A stretch of 63,667 nucleotides of DNA, the filler included, from Octopus bimaculoides (taxonomy: Eukaryota), in assembly GCF_001194135.2 (NCBI RefSeq). It is 6 parts of 5 records of this genome, joined end to end, with 100 filler letters (N's around TTAATTAATTAA, not from the genome) between each part and the next. Parts side by side here need not be neighbours in the genome. Positions count along the whole stretch, not along the records: positions 61,199 to 63,667 come from NC_068981.1; 5 more parts are not named here. The stretch is one strand, 5' to 3'. Made by a program: the position numbers and the translations under genes. This document shows, in pieces, positions 62,290 to 63,667 of this stretch. Below the pieces are notes generated by a model that ran no database searches, was not told where the DNA came from, and saw nothing but the letters and a program-made list of their open reading frames with translations. Within the stretch, counting starts at the first letter, position 1, and each line of letters starts with the position of its first letter.

Positions 62290-63667
62290 TGTATACATAC
62301 ATGTATATATACTATTTGCTATTTTTATACACGCGCACGCGCACGCACACACACACACATATATATATATAATATATGATAGATACAGAGAGAGAGAGAG
62401 TTGGGGAGACAGACAGACAGTCTCTCCCTGTATGAAGTACTAAAGTCTTATAAAGCCACTATTTTCACAAAGCTGAATGGAAATGAATTCAATATAGAAT
62501 ATGGAAACATGACTGGTCCGGAAATCTTTCTGTATAGAATAATGATATGGAACAAATAATTTATGTGACTTATGCAAACCGTATGCATTAAATGTATCCC
62601 TAAAGTAAAGGCCACGATGCTTAAGATATGATTCCCAGAGAAATGAATGCCCTCTTGAGACGCAGAACATATTTCTTAAATCGCCTAACCAAGAAATTAA
62701 TAGAAAGCGGACATATCCACCTTATATGAACGGTGTAAGGCACTGAGGACATAACTGAGCGGCCTTGTGATTAGGACTGATAATATTTTTAAAAACTGTA
62801 CAAAATTTGTTTGAGATTAATCCACAGTGCTCAAAATAATAGTGACACAATTAAAAACATACAGGTCGTTAATGGCACACCTCAAAAGTTCATGGAAGAT
62901 ACCGAATGATCAGTTTAAAAGCGTTTCTACAATGACATAAGGACAAATGTAGTGGAGTTATCTTAGAAAATATATCTATGTAATAAAGTATTAATACTCT
63001 GTTACAATCTTGGTAGTGGTTAATAGCATTAGTATCCCACGTTGCCCGATTCGCGGTAAAATTTAATATCTTAAAAGTAAGAAGGAAAGAGAGAAGTAAG
63101 AGTTTAAAAGTAGTTATATCAGAAGACCCCTAAAGCAGTTACGTATGTGTTGATGCTACGTATGCAATGCTGCCTATATGTGCCTTGCATAAGACTTTAT
63201 CGATGAATATATGCACGCATTTCTGTATAGCTATATAATTTAGTTATAATTAAAACAATCTATGTGTGCTACTGGTAAGTTTAATGAGTGCAATTAATTG
63301 AATGAAGTCCCAGTCGTCTGTTGTGGTATATAGAATATTTAGATGTATTGCTCATGCAAGCAAAACCAATCACATTTAGTCGATATATAAGCAAAATAGA
63401 TCAGACTCCAGTAACTCATTGGTGCACCAAGTTTGAACATCTGAATATAAATGCACAAATGAGAGAAAAAAAACCCCAAAAAACAAAAAAAAAACATGGT
63501 AAATGGTAAATATTAATATTGTCGGAAGTTACAGTTTTGTAGGGCGGCACACCAGTTTCGTTTGTTCCAACGATAAAACTAAATAAGAAGACTTCGTAAG
63601 TGCATGCTTATGCAGCTGTATGGCTACAATTATAAATGCGTATATATATATATATATATATATATAT

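Overview
This is eukaryotic, repeat-rich draft-assembly DNA. The SINE repertoire, microsatellite load and 100-bp N44-TTAATTAATTAA-N44 join pads suggest a cephalopod, probably Octopus (inference). Most ORFs in the track are microsatellite or N-gap artefacts. One protein-coding gene is well supported, on the + strand, by two phase-compatible exons. Exon 49468-49657 encodes a divergent GPCR-like TM7/helix-8 segment lacking NPxxY. Exon 50529-53698 encodes a disordered tail of about 1056 aa with poly-Pro, FPPPP, RVxF and a terminal T-x-V PDZ-ligand motif. The upstream TM exons were not found. The rest is tRNA-derived SINEs of several families, decayed LINEs (RLE-type RT, RTE), Tc1 and maT-like DD37D transposase remnants, MITE/foldback elements, Helitron/Helentron-like elements and Penelope-like fragments with decayed hammerhead-ribozyme motifs. 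No intact RNA genes, CRISPR arrays or prokaryotic systems are supported.
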